Shown here piece by piece: positions 37,801-50,800 of a DNA stretch of 64,000 bases. The notes under the pieces were generated by a model. The model was not told the origin of the DNA. It saw nothing but the letters and a program-made list of their open reading frames with translations, and did no database searches. The first letter of the stretch is position 1. Every line of letters starts with the position of its first letter. Made by a program: the position numbers and the translations under genes. This stretch comes from Pavona decussata (taxonomy: Eukaryota), in NCBI GenBank assembly GCA_977016875.1, contig CDRNST010000148.1, positions 2,108,001-2,172,000 of the forward strand, given 5' to 3'.

Positions 37801-40800
37801 ATATATACAGCGATTTTTCCGAAATATCCGCGATTTCCTGTTGTACATATCTTCACAGCATTGCGTTAATCTGATATAAGTTGCTAATACCATAGCTAGG
37901 TAGCTGTGTTAAATTAAAAAATATAAATGTACTTGTTTTGTTTTGTTTGCTAGCGTTCACCGTTCGAGCTTTAACCAGACGCTTTATAGGAGAATACGAC
38001 ACAACATTGGGTAAGTTGAGATTTTTACCACAATTGTCTGATAAGCAGTGATGCTCTCATGCAGCGCATTAAAGCAATCATACTGCATCTAAATACGGAT
38101 CGAGTTACGATAAACTTAGGCTCTATGAACTCTTGTTAGTGGCAAATTACTTCCTGGATTAAAGCTAATCACATGAGCACCTTAAATACCTTTTGTCTCC
38201 AAGAATTACCTTTGACCTTCTGTACAATCAATATATATCTAATGGATGCAATTGCTTCCAAAAAATAACCTGAGGCATTTAGTATTCATCAGCTACAATG
38301 AAATAACTTGGCGCTTAATTCACCACGAACAGGGTCAAGATAATTGATGGAGTTTAGTTTCAGAACTCGTTTGTTTTTGTTTGTTTACCCGTTGTCAGCA
38401 CTTTGTCTGGGAAGCATAACATGAAACCACAAAATAACCACATGAAATTACTGCTTAGTTGCTTACATTTACGATTTTGTCCACAGACTTAATAGTTCAG
38501 TAAATCACGTTGTAAGGGGAATAAACGTTGTACTCAGAAGTTTACACTTTAATGATTACACCGCTTAGGATTTTATCTACCAACTCAAAAGTTGGAACCG
38601 ACCATGACCTCCCAAAAAACGCCCGCGTGGGAGACTGGGCTAACTGCTAAAGGCTTTGAAGATACGGTAAAGATTCATAACAATTACGGAAGTTTTGAAT
38701 GTAGGGCCCAGGGGACCAGACGACGCGCAAACAAAGTGTGAATGAATATATGTTCATAATATATGAATATATGTTCATAAGAATACTATATGATAGCGAA
38801 AAAGAATGCGCCAGAAATTAAGTAGACGTTCTAGACGAAAGGAGACGATGGCACAGCGGCTAAGATCCTTAGCCCTATGTCTCCATTTTCTCTGTTTTAT
38901 TTCTATTTTCCTTTTTTTATGCGCTTATTTGCCGTTGATCCTCAGTGAAGACAAGATCTGTGTCTCTGCTTGTGTTTATCGGCTTGTAAACGTGACGGCA
39001 TTTCTCCATAGAAATGCTCTTAAGTCAAGCTTATATGTTTATAATTTTGTCGCTGGTTAAATCCGGCCGTTAGACATGAGTTACGTATATCTTGAAAATT
39101 GACTTCAGTCTTGACTGAAGTCTTTTGAAGTTTTGACTTCAGTCAAAAAATTCATTCTATTTCATCACACATTTATTGTGAAATACATATAGCATATATA
39201 GCTATAGATAGATTTCCTATCCACTTGAAAATGTACAGAAGCTGTACACGTAAGGAGATATTTGGCAATTTTTGGCCATCACATTCTTTAGCTGTCCTGG
39301 TTGTCTGGGTAAACATTTTTTTTAAGCTAATTACTAAGATAGACTTAAAATATAGACTGCAGTGCAACGTTAACCATCACTCTTTCAATTCACGGGCAAT
39401 TTGTTGAGCGATCGATTTATATATAGCATTTCTACTTACCAAAATACCGTTTGCGCCGAAAATTTAAAGTTTTTAATTTCATGTTTCAATATTTTATTCG
39501 GCCTCGTAAAGAAGTAGCCAAAACCGACGTGCAGATACTGGGAGCCATTATCGGCAACAATACCTGTAGTTTTCGGTACGTTTGGGACTGAAATGGTTTT
39601 AAACTTTGATAGTTACCAGTTGCTCTTTGAATACGTCTCTTACATCTTAAATGAAAAAGTGATTGAAGACGTCCGTCATAAAAAGTCGTGACAGGCTAGG
39701 ACACATACAGCCAGATGGCCTCCAGAATCTGTACTGCAGCTTACAAATTTAGCTCTGTATTTTTAAAAACAAGCAACTTGTTAAGTACGTGAAGGCTGCT
39801 TCCACCGTCAATCCGTCTTCTCTAGCACAATTGCTCTTTTATAATCCTCCTGCACTGTTTATTCAGTTACAACTTCGACTGAAAACACAACTCAAAAAAG
39901 CTAAGCATTCTTGTACTCATTAGGTCAGATAAAAGATTCAGTCTGAAATAATATTGTTGTCGTACGTGGTACAAAAACACCCTTTAAGCTGATTGCGAAC
40001 AAGAAAAAGGTGGCATGGGGAGATCAGTAAGTCTATGTTACACTGGCTACGCAGATTCTCCTGCAGCTTGTCTCGCAGTTTTATTGCGACACAAGTTGCA
40101 TGAAACCTTACCTACTGTAAGAAAATCTTGCAATGTTTTGTTGCCACGTGAAGACAGCTGTGCTTTGTGCAGAGCTGACTGCAACCGAAAAACTCTGTAA
40201 AATAACACATGTTCATTTCACACGTTTTCAGAGCACGTAACACAGGCAATATCTCTCACAACGGCGCGACAGAACTTTGAAACAAATTCCAGTGATTTTT
40301 CAAGAAAAATTGCTTAATGCAAATACATAATTGAATCGTAGCTGAAGTTTTCCTTAGAAACTCTTGGGCAACATTAGGAAATCTTTGAAAGTCCTCGGCA
40401 ACTTTCGTAAATCATCGGGACATCTTCGTCAATGTTCGGTATAGTTAGCAAGTATAACTTAAGCTTTGATTCTTTGCGCCGCCGCTTCCTCTATCAGATT
40501 CCAAGAAACTGGAGTTCTTCACTGAGGTTGAAGGCAACACATGGGAGCACTTCTTGTATGATCTGTGAAATCAATTTTACTTTATTTTCCTCGCAGAATG
40601 CACGTACCGTCATCATGTTGAGTTGGACGGTCAGTTTTTATCTCTTGACGTGTTGGACACTGCAGGAAAGGTAAGTACTGAATTAAGTTCTTGGAAACTA
40701 AAACTCTTAAAGAAACACAAGATGACTGAAATAATATGCGGTTGTCTAATAAATCTTGAAATACCATGACTTGCACCGGTGAGAGGAAATAGGTGGATTA

Positions 40801-41675
40801 AAATATATACTCCATTGAGGGTTATCTGAATTCGTGAAACAAATCAAAATTAAACTCTAAACATTCCAGGAACAAAAATCGGTGCGCTGCGAACCAGAGG
40901 CAAGAATTAGTTCTCATTCTTTTCTCTTGAAAAAAAAAAGGTGCCAAAAAAAAAAGGAAAAGTTTCATCACAAGGCTTGAATTTTGATTTCTTGTAACGA
41001 AATCAAATTTGTTGAAATGCAATCCTCTGCTTCCATCTTGCAATCCTGCACTCAATCCTAAGACTATTTTTGCTGGTGAGTTCCCTGAAAACCTATTTTA
41101 ATCAATGCATGAGTGCACATGGTGGCATTTGACTACGGATGTTCTCAAACTTCGCAGTTGGATGGCTGCCTTTATTTTCGTTATCTGTCTACTTGAAATT
41201 GTGTTAATTTGCAAGGGTGAATAAGATACCGCGATTGGAGTTCTGACAACCCTTCCCTTATTAATTCTTCTGTTTCTTGTAGAACTCCCTGGAAAAGGTG
41301 GACAATTGCGTGCACACGGGATCAGACCTGTTCTTCGTTCTGTATTCGACAACAGACAGGTCCTCGTTTGAAGAAGCTTCCCTTCTCTGCCAATACCTTC
41401 TGAAAACGAAGAACGTCAACCCAGCGTGTCTAATACTTCTTGGAAACAAGTGCGATCTAAAGCACTTCAGAGAAGTTGACGAGTATGAGGGGCGCCTCTT
41501 AGCACAGGCCCTGGAATGCGGCTTCTACCAGTTGTCAGTTTCGGAAGGATTTGATGACTCTCAAAATGTTTTGTATAATACTCTAAAGCAGTTTGTGAAC
41601 ACACAGAAACAGGGCTCGCCCTCAATAAGGGTGTTTATTGACAATGTGTTGAGTCGAAAGAAGTCAGTCTCCTAA
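34849..41675 (+). CDS. RERG/RASL-like Ras-family small GTPase, paralog A (219 aa predicted); exons 34849-34851, 34997-35129, 37954-38010, 40597-40670, 41283-41675
   Basis: G1 GKDGVGKS, TRRFIGEYDTTLE, G3 DTAGK, G4 GNKCD, no CAAX. Introns are GT-AG and in phase. The ATG-only first exon (ATG|gtgagc) is the least certain part. Confidence 0.9.
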
Positions 41676-44600
41676 TGAAAACAGTGAAAGCTCCCGGCCA
41701 TAAAGAACAGGAAGCCAAAATGGAAAAGTGTACAGTGCCATTGGGGCATCAGTCCCGACACAACCAAATAACTGTATTTAACTTACTGCAAAAATATTTT
41801 CTCCTTGTAAATTATTGGCGTTTTACACAATTTACATAAACATATAGTTCAGTGACTTCAGTCAACGAAGTCGTTGAAAGGCATGGGAAGAAAAACTCTC
41901 AAATTTTAAACTTAAGTTGTTATAAAAATTATAAAGTCGCTGTGCAGAGTTACCCAATTTTTAGACTTTGGGTGACTCATAAGAACTTTAACTCAACAAT
42001 TCATGTTTTGACCAATTTTTCTCACTCAGACTAGTCAGTGTACCACACGCGTGTTTCGATAAGGTGCTATGTCTTGGATGCCCCGACATCTATCCACACT
42101 AATACGTTAGAGAAAAGCTCAAAGACCTATCGCCTATTTGCAGCCTACGTGTAAGCGTGCCCATTCATTGTTTTCGCAGCTCCTTTGCCATTCCATACCA
42201 AAAGGACTCGAATACGCCAATACGCTGCCAGAAAACGTTACAAAAGTTGTTTACGCATGTAACAAATAGACGCGCCCACGGTGTTTGTAGCATTTCCCAT
42301 GTAGGTGTCTTCGAAAGGCTGCTTCTATTTCCGCCGGGAATGTATTCGTTCTGGATAAAACGTGCCACCATTTTCCATCGATTTAGTGTGTAAAAATTGC
42401 CAAAACCATCGAAATGTTTGCGTTTTAAAACGAGAACGTATTTACCTTGATGATTTACCCAACGATCTGTACCACTTACGCTTCATATACGGGAAAAATT
42501 GTGTACCCTCCTTGGCGCCACGCCTTCCTCCATTCATATTGGTGCACAGGGTCAGAAAAACGGCGTTGCTGCCTTCCGGTGCCATCAGGCATGATGGGCA
42601 GTAAGTACTTTCTCCCTTCGTAAATCACCTTTTTTTAGACCTGTTTTATGAAGTCCAATAATGGTTTTCCATAAGAAGGCTTTATTTTAGGTTAGCTAAC
42701 GTAGATAGGATTGTTTCTGTTTTGTTGTAAATATTGTCAAATCTGGTATGTAAATACTTTCAAATGAACTGCCCAAACGTGTATAGAATGAATTTGTGAT
42801 ATTTATAACTGTAAAATGAAGATATAAACTAAATAAAGGGGTCATTTGTAGTAGCCACTGTTTTTGTTTCAAATTATGCCAGGACACCTGCAAAATACTG
42901 AGAGAGCTCAACTGACCGTATTGATTGCAAACGCAAAAACGTCAAGAGAAAATTCTCTTCATTTTAACTCATAACTGCTTTAGTTTAACCTTCGTTATGC
43001 AGACAACGTTTAAAAAATCAACTGCAACAGTTGATAAACAAATTCACACTTCAGAAAGATGGTTATGAAACACTATGTGCGCAGTCGATTCTTCTAGTGT
43101 TGCTAATCTTCAATTCTTCCTCGTCAAATTCTTATTTCGTTCAAATTTTCCTTTTCTCCTTTAAACTAATTTTTTTTATACGAACGTCTACCGATTTTGA
43201 AATTGACATTGTTCCGTAGCTGAATGTTGTTAATTTTAATTTTTGGTCATTTGAATCTCAAAACGTCCACGGTTGTTTTAAAAAGTTACAAGGTAAAGTT
43301 TTTCGCTGTAAATCAACATAGAGATAAACCAAAATAGGGACACAGTGATATGCCTTGAAATAAGAAAAACATACTGTAGCTTACGTGAGGTGTATTCTAG
43401 CATTTAGCGCTCTTCGACTATACTTTTGATCGAACGAAACTTTCAAAAAGTTCTTAACTAAATTTCAGATCAGCCTGAGTATCTTCCCAACACGTTCTTA
43501 AAAGTTTGGCCAATCATGAATCAGCAGGCTCAAAGAGATTATTGACGAAGGATCGTTTACTCTAAGGCTTGACGGTGTACTTTCTAGCAGTGCTTAATGC
43601 TAGTTCTCAGTTGTAATAAAATCCAAGACACAAGGGGGAAAAGAAGCTACAACCTATTTGCTGCAATGTTGAATCTCATTTGTCTAATTCCCAGGCTTAA
43701 ATTTTCGCCACTGTCGCCCGCATTTGATCACATACTTTTGATCATTCCTGTGACGTCACCAAGAAACCTCCCAGTGAAGCAATGTCGTTCCTAGGGTCCA
43801 GGAACCTGGGAACGAGGTTGCTAGTGAAGGCTCGTCACCAGCTAAAAATGAAATGGCAAAAGACAGTGGCCGTGGATAAAGGACACTTATGATTAGGAAA
43901 TTTAATTAAGCGTTTTCCTAGTGATAAAGATTAAAATCAACCAGTCAACGTTTTACGGTATTTTAATCCACGCCGAATGCCAGAAAGTTCGTCCACTCCG
44001 GTGAGTACGGAATTTCAAATTTAGGGACACTGTTCGGAAACTCGAAGGCCTCTGACTACAACAATGGCAAGCCTTTGCTACGGCGAAATTTCCAATTTCA
44101 CATATAGATATGCGAGACACAGCTAAACCGTTCCAATTCTAGATCACTTCATGCATAATTTGCCCAAAGGAATTTTAACTGCTTGGAATCAAATATGACC
44201 GCTTAGATTGGCTTCAAGACAAAATAGTTAACTAACAGCCATTTAGCGAGCAATAAACAGAAGCTTTCCCTGATGTAAAACATGCAACCGACTGCCATAT
44301 TTAGGTGGGCTTTCAAGCTAACTTGGCCCTTGCGCTCGATTCATGCCGTGCCAACATTTTAATTTTGCCGCATTTTACAACAAAACATTCCCATGAACCT
44401 TAGCTATTTCATCCGGAATTTTGTTGTCAGTTCTTACAAAAGACACACTTAATAATAGAAACCATTGTCAATCAACTAGCAGAGTATCGCCCATGGGTCA
44501 GACCGCTTGGATCGCATAAAAGTCCCCGCAATTTGATTCGTCGGAACTCGTCTATTGCTTTGTAAACAAGTTTCCTGCACTGTAAGTGAGCCCCTTGTAA

Positions 44601-44788
44601 AGTTGATGTTGCATCAGCGGGATACTGACCTGGAATCTAACCACAGTTTCCCCGGTCAAGCTAAGGCCGTGTCCCTTTTGTTAGTCTGGCTGGTTCTTGT
44701 TCCAGTATTTTGCATCGCACAGCGGGACACTATCTCTAACTGCATATACGTGAGTGTGGGCTGGGCAGGCTGGCGAGAATAGTCACGT

Positions 44789-44794
44789 TATAAA
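44789..44794 (+). promoter_or_regulatory. Candidate TATA box of GTPase paralog B
   Basis: TATAAA 57 nt upstream of the predicted ATG at 44846. Confidence 0.4.
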
Positions 44795-44845
44795 CACACA
44801 GCGAGTTGCTGCAGAGTTTAGCGGAACTACCTCAGCGAATTCAAG

Positions 44846-47800
44846 ATGCCTAGCTGGAAGACAAGAAATCCAAAGCGAAGACAGCAAAGCGTGGTAAGTA
44901 GGCTTTACTTTGATATTTCACTTTAAACGAAATAGGAAGTAAGCGGGCGGATTAACGTTAGCATTGCAAGGTTTATTTGCCATTTCATGAGAAAACGCTG
45001 TAAAGGCATGATTTCTGTTGCAAGAAATAACTTTCCACAGTAATATGCCGTATGACGCAGAGAAAATAAGAAAGTTCTTGTGGGAAAATAACGTGTGTTT
45101 ACAAGACATTGTCAATTTTTTTTCAAGTTTTATCGGAAAGCCGGGAAATAGACAAGCATAACACCGCGGGTAAAGAAGGAAAAAATAAAAGGATCATTTA
45201 CTTTATTCTGCGACGTTTTTACTGATTTACTGTGACCATAAGCACTGCTGAAAATACTGCGAGTAAACTACAGTTATAATTTTAACCGAAGCTCTTTATA
45301 TGTAATCCATTTTTAAGGGGAAAACAATTCATACGACAAATTATTTTATTAATAAGGCCGCCATGTTCCTCTTCCGTTAAAGCTACATTCGTTTACGCTG
45401 CACATGGCATATTCTCTTTCTTTCCAGAAACGAAGTTTATAGTTAGTCTCTCCAAGTCCCACACCCCCATATTTACATTATGTCGAGAAACGTTTGGCGG
45501 GGAGTCTGCATTCTTGCTTAATTCCGCACGCAATAGTAGGGCTTCACTTGTAGTCTACAGCATAGAGGAGGAAAAATTTCAGTCGATATTCCAAGCGACT
45601 GGTCCCACCCAACAGCGCTAATGCTTCTGTTCCCAAGTGGATTAAAAATAAAGAAGGAAATACCGGTTTGTCTACGGCAAGAACATTTGACGTGGGCTGC
45701 GTTGTAGAGCATTAGCATGCATTTGTGGCTCGAAACGGAAAAAGCCGTTTATCTTTAGGATACGCAGCTCAATTAAATCTGATTCAATAAAGTTCACCCG
45801 CAGACACCTCAACATCTAAATTAATTACTGCAGGACAAGACTAAAAATTCCAAAAACAAATATACGAACACAAAGCAGCAGGAGTATAGCTAAATGAGAG
45901 TCTGTCACACTCGAATATCATCCATCTATCCACCCTAGCAAAAAAGGCATAACAAACGTCATGCTAGCCTATGCGGATCTGTTGTTGCTGAAATCTTCAG
46001 CAGGTAGTCTTTCGATCTAAGTTAGCTCATCACAATACGAAAAGTGGAACTCTCTGATACTCTAAGCGGGCCGCGCCCTGTGGTTTACAAATGATTCAGT
46101 TTTAAATTTTATCAGACTAAATTAAGGGTTTGTGGGTCTTGCAGCCGTTGCAGGATTGTCGGCAAAGCGTGGTTCAAGGCGGAAATCTTAAGGCAACTGG
46201 AGAACTGATCGGTCACCCCGGGGGAGGGGGGGGGGGGGGCTTCCGGACGGGGTGCTCTTTTGAAATTCGTAGTATAGGAGCAGGTTGCGAAAATTTCGAG
46301 GGGTCGCAAGGTAAACTGTGATCCGAGAGGACAGCGGTAAATGGAGCAGCAACAACTGCGTAGACTGAATTGCAACGCTAAAATTAGTGTGAATAGTCAT
46401 GCTGTACGAATAAGTTGAGGGATATCTATGTGAAACGAGCACCAAGTTTGTTATGTGAAAGACTATAAGGAATTGAACATTCGAGTGGAGCCTTCCCGTA
46501 TAAACTTAATGGAGTACTTCCTCCTTCTTCCCCCGGACCTGGGATAGGTCATCTTCCTGTTATGTAGATAACTTAACTTTTACTAGATCGAAACGTGTTG
46601 CGAATATCTAATGAAGATGATTCATTTCAACTGGCGGCATTCACGGATACCGAACAGGAAACCTTGACAATGCACCTTTGTTACCCCTGTTTTCATGCAT
46701 GTTATAGACTTACTAATATGATTATCGCGATTCTCTTTTGCCCATAACCCGTGATGAAGTGTTAAACTTGTTTTAAACATGTTATCAAATAAATAATAAA
46801 GCACAATATCCCTTTGTTCTAAAACCACCTCAATTTCAATAAAAGTTTCCGGTTTGAGTCCATTCTTACAAAGAAGGATCAATATAATTTTGGCCCCCTC
46901 GACTGATGAAACGTTTGAAGACACAATAATCGTTGTTTAGCTCATATATGTTGACCTTCATGACATGTACGATAAGGAATGTGTTAGTGAACTGGATTCA
47001 AATATTCTCCGATCTGTGCTGATGTCTGATTATTTATTCAGACTATATTGCCCAGCAAATGCTAATTCAAATATGAATGTTTGGTTTATCAACAGAGTTG
47101 ATAAGGTAATTTGGTCACTGTAAAGAGATTCGAGTGCTGACGTTTCGAGCGTTAGCCCTTCGGTCAGAGCACTCGAATCTCTTTGCGGTATCAACTCTAA
47201 TCAACATTTGTTTCACTCCTTCACTGACGCATCACCAACTTTTCTTTAGAAACCAACCCTCTTATCTACTAGTTCAAATATATTTGATTAATTTGCAAGG
47301 TTGATGAATAGGATCTCACTTAGGGGCTCAAGTACATACTTGAGTGTATGGGGTATTGATAGTTACACATCACTTGTTTGATGAAGGCTAACAATTTCGC
47401 ACGTGACAGGATCAGTGGATAGGGTATGGTTTATTAAACTGTTCATACGTTCGAATTCAACAGTCGTGGTCATAAAAGAATGCCAGCGTCCACCTAACAC
47501 CGCGACTGAAGCAAAGAGAAGTTCCATAAAAACATCTCATGACCGTCAAAACTCCAGTCATTTTGACCAAAAAAAAAGAGGAGCGGGAAAGAAATGATTT
47601 TCAGTAGTCTTGAACACAAGTATTGTAAAGGTCTGTCAGTATGGCAGTGGAACCCCACCCCCTCAAGCCGCCCCTACACCCCTCTCCAAGCAAGAGAACA
47701 GGATTAATATTGTCATGGATAAATGAACTCTCTCCGTAGCCATGTTTATCTGAGTGTATATTTTGTACCCGATTATGTAAAGCGATTTCTCGTAATATTT

Positions 47801-50800
47801 ATTCCAACGTGTTTCTTCAGTCGATTTTCTGTTGATGAAATGTGCATGGGTATGGTACCCAAACATTTGCAAACGGAATATTCCGCAGACTGGTGAAGAA
47901 GCACCTCGTCAAATGTAACTGCGTGATAGGAAAAAAATTACACTGATAGATTAGACTGATAGACTGTTTTTTGCCCTACGTAGCGGCTCTGCACGCGCAT
48001 ATTTTACACCTCCTCCCGAGGCCAGTGAATGCGACTCTGACTTTATTCGCTTAAGGAGGCTCAGTCGAAAGAGTTTTGAGCTGAGGCATAGCTAAGGTGC
48101 ATACATCAGCTAAATGATTCAAAATCTTCATCAAAAGCCGCGCGCACCGGTACACCGGAAGTGGAAATGCGGGGTAAAACTCGTGCGAACCGGATGTAAA
48201 CCTACAGGAAACATTCGTTTTTATCCCGAAATTTTTTGCGGTAACCTAGCTATCCTGATTTTTTCGCACGCATGTAACAATCAGTATGCCATTTCTAATA
48301 GAAACGTTTGGGAGAAAATTATCCAGTAGAATTTTCTTTAGGTGAAAAAATACCTTTTCGATAACATAAGATCTACTGAATAACTTTTGTCCTATTACCA
48401 GAGGAGTCATTACAGAATTTAGGGTGCTTTCCAACGAAGTAATAAAAACGGTAGGTCCCCGACCTAGTTTTGAGATAACTGAAATTTAGAGGTCCTTTTG
48501 TGGTGCTGACCTGTTGCCACGGTAACTACTTTGATGTCAGAGCCACCGTTTTACCCAACAACAGAGCAACCAAGATGCCTATAGTTTGCCCACATGATCA
48601 GCTATGAATTTTTGGAACTTTTCATCACTTCACAAACACTACAACAATGAAAAACCATTGCGAACCTCCTTAAAGAAGTATTCTACAGTTGAAAGTCACT
48701 GATTCATTAGAAGGTCTCGAACAAATGAACTCGTATATGTTTCGCATGTTTTCTCTCTCAGTAAACACTGAAATCTGGCACCAAAGACACTATTGAAAAA
48801 AAAATTGCGGCAACAAAACGTGAATTTTCAGGTCGTTACATTTCTTCTGAAGATAATTTTCTATGACAACAGCCTTGTCTGCCCATTTCGGGAAAAAGGT
48901 GAATTTTAAGAAACACGCGAGAGAATTGAACGACACGAAAACTGTGAAACCTGGCATGCAAAGCAGGATGGGAAATAATTAAAATTCCGCACATTTCTTA
49001 GCTATTATAAAATTCTTCTCATAAATTGTTACAAATACAGCTGATAACTCCTTAGATTTGACAGAAATCAATTCAAAAACAATTTCGTTTTTATAACTAT
49101 CAACAGGAGCTTGTTTTAAGTCAGTTTACGCAACGAAATGAATCGAATACGAAATAGAGACAGCTATATTAGGTTCTCGCAAGAGAAGGATAGTAGAGAT
49201 GTCTGGGCCGAGAAACTTGGGATAAAGTACCTACATGTCAGCGGATTCATCGTAAAGAGGTAACTGTTCCGCTAGCGCTTAAACGGTCTTGAAAGTGAAC
49301 GTGACTCAAGTAGGGTAAAATTGGAACTTTATCACTACGATCAAAACACCTAAAGAAGATATGTAAGCAGCTGTAAATACAACCAAATATCTTGAATACT
49401 TTGCACGTTAGTAATATAGTAAGCGAGCATGTTTAGGCAGCTTGAAATAAGTACACAAAAATGCACAAAACCGCAACCAATTTATTTAAACATGCAAGCT
49501 AAATTAAAATGTGATGATTTGTTCTTTTCGGTATGATAATAAGCAACGCCTAATTGCAGGTTCATTGTTTTTTGTATAATATCCGTTGTTTTGAGGTCAA
49601 AATCATTATTTCGAAGTCAACTAGCTATTATCAAAGCAACAAACGGAATATAAAGTATTCCTCTAAAACAAGCCGCATTAATGAAAGCTGAAGATAAAGT
49701 GCTAGAATTACATATTCAAGGATGAAGTGAAGATCGAAAACAAGTTGATCTGGATGGGCTATTCGCTTTGTGCCTTGGGTGTTTAGCAACCAGCAATATT
49801 CCAAAATTGAAAGAACAATTAAATAATTGTTATCTAAGAGAAGGTTAATGAATTACGTCGGCTGAGTAAGGGGTATTGTTTTCATGCCAGCCGAAGTGGA
49901 CCCTACATCACCGGGACGTGACGTTGCTGCGAGAGAATATTTCACAAACAAAATAACAGTCTTGGCTTACAAAAAGCAAACCCATCACGGCAGTGATTAC
50001 TTGACACAAGGACGATTCATACGCATTCCTTATAATTTTCACATCCAATGAGAGAGTGCCTGGAGTCCTTTTACAGCGGTTCCCGACAATTCCACAATTC
50101 AATTCCAAGCACAGGCCAATAAAAGTGAATATCGCCCGGAAAGGTATGACGTCAATTCGGTAAATAATATTTAAGCAGAAAAAACAAATCAAGGCAATTC
50201 ATACGAGATTTGATACTGAAGCAAAAGGACTGACAAAAATTGGACTGAATTTTCGTGCGAAAGATTCAAGAGACATTTGAAAATGGTAGGAAATATCTTT
50301 ATCGTTCTCTTACGTGATTATTGATTAATTTTGTATATGAGTACAGAGTTCTGTGGAAAGATAGTTAATTGTTTCAGACCCTGAGCGTGACCATTCAAAA
50401 GAGAAAGAGCTACGAGTACGATAGTATTTTCTGACGAGGCTGCTGTTTATTTAATACGCCGTGCAAGGCGGTTGTATACTAAGTATTGCGTCCGTGGATG
50501 AAACCATTCAACTGATAGCTAGCAAAGTTGAATTTTTTTGAATTTTCAATTCTCAGCATTTTGAAAACAGTGTAGTTCTGCAAACGGCCGTCTTCGTTCT
50601 GTTATTCGTTTTTACTTGAAGAAAATTATCCTACCTACTTTGAGTCATTTAGAGTCAGATTTATTTAGCTTTCATTGCTGCCCTGAGGACAAAATCACCG
50701 AAACGTCGCCTCAAGGATAACAGTAAAGGCCACGCTTCCATTAAGTAAGCTGTTAATTACACCATATGTAATTACTCCATCGGGGTATTTACATCGCTGA

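Noticed and set aside
38743-39146. Short tandem and palindromic motifs (ATGAATATATGTTCAT x2; GACTTCAGTC x3)
   Set aside because: Local slippage-type repeats with no spacer structure; not CRISPR-like
50683-50707. CTGAGGA...GAAACGTC hammerhead-like boxes
   Set aside because: The intervening CAAAATCACC cannot form stem II, and the flanks do not form stem I
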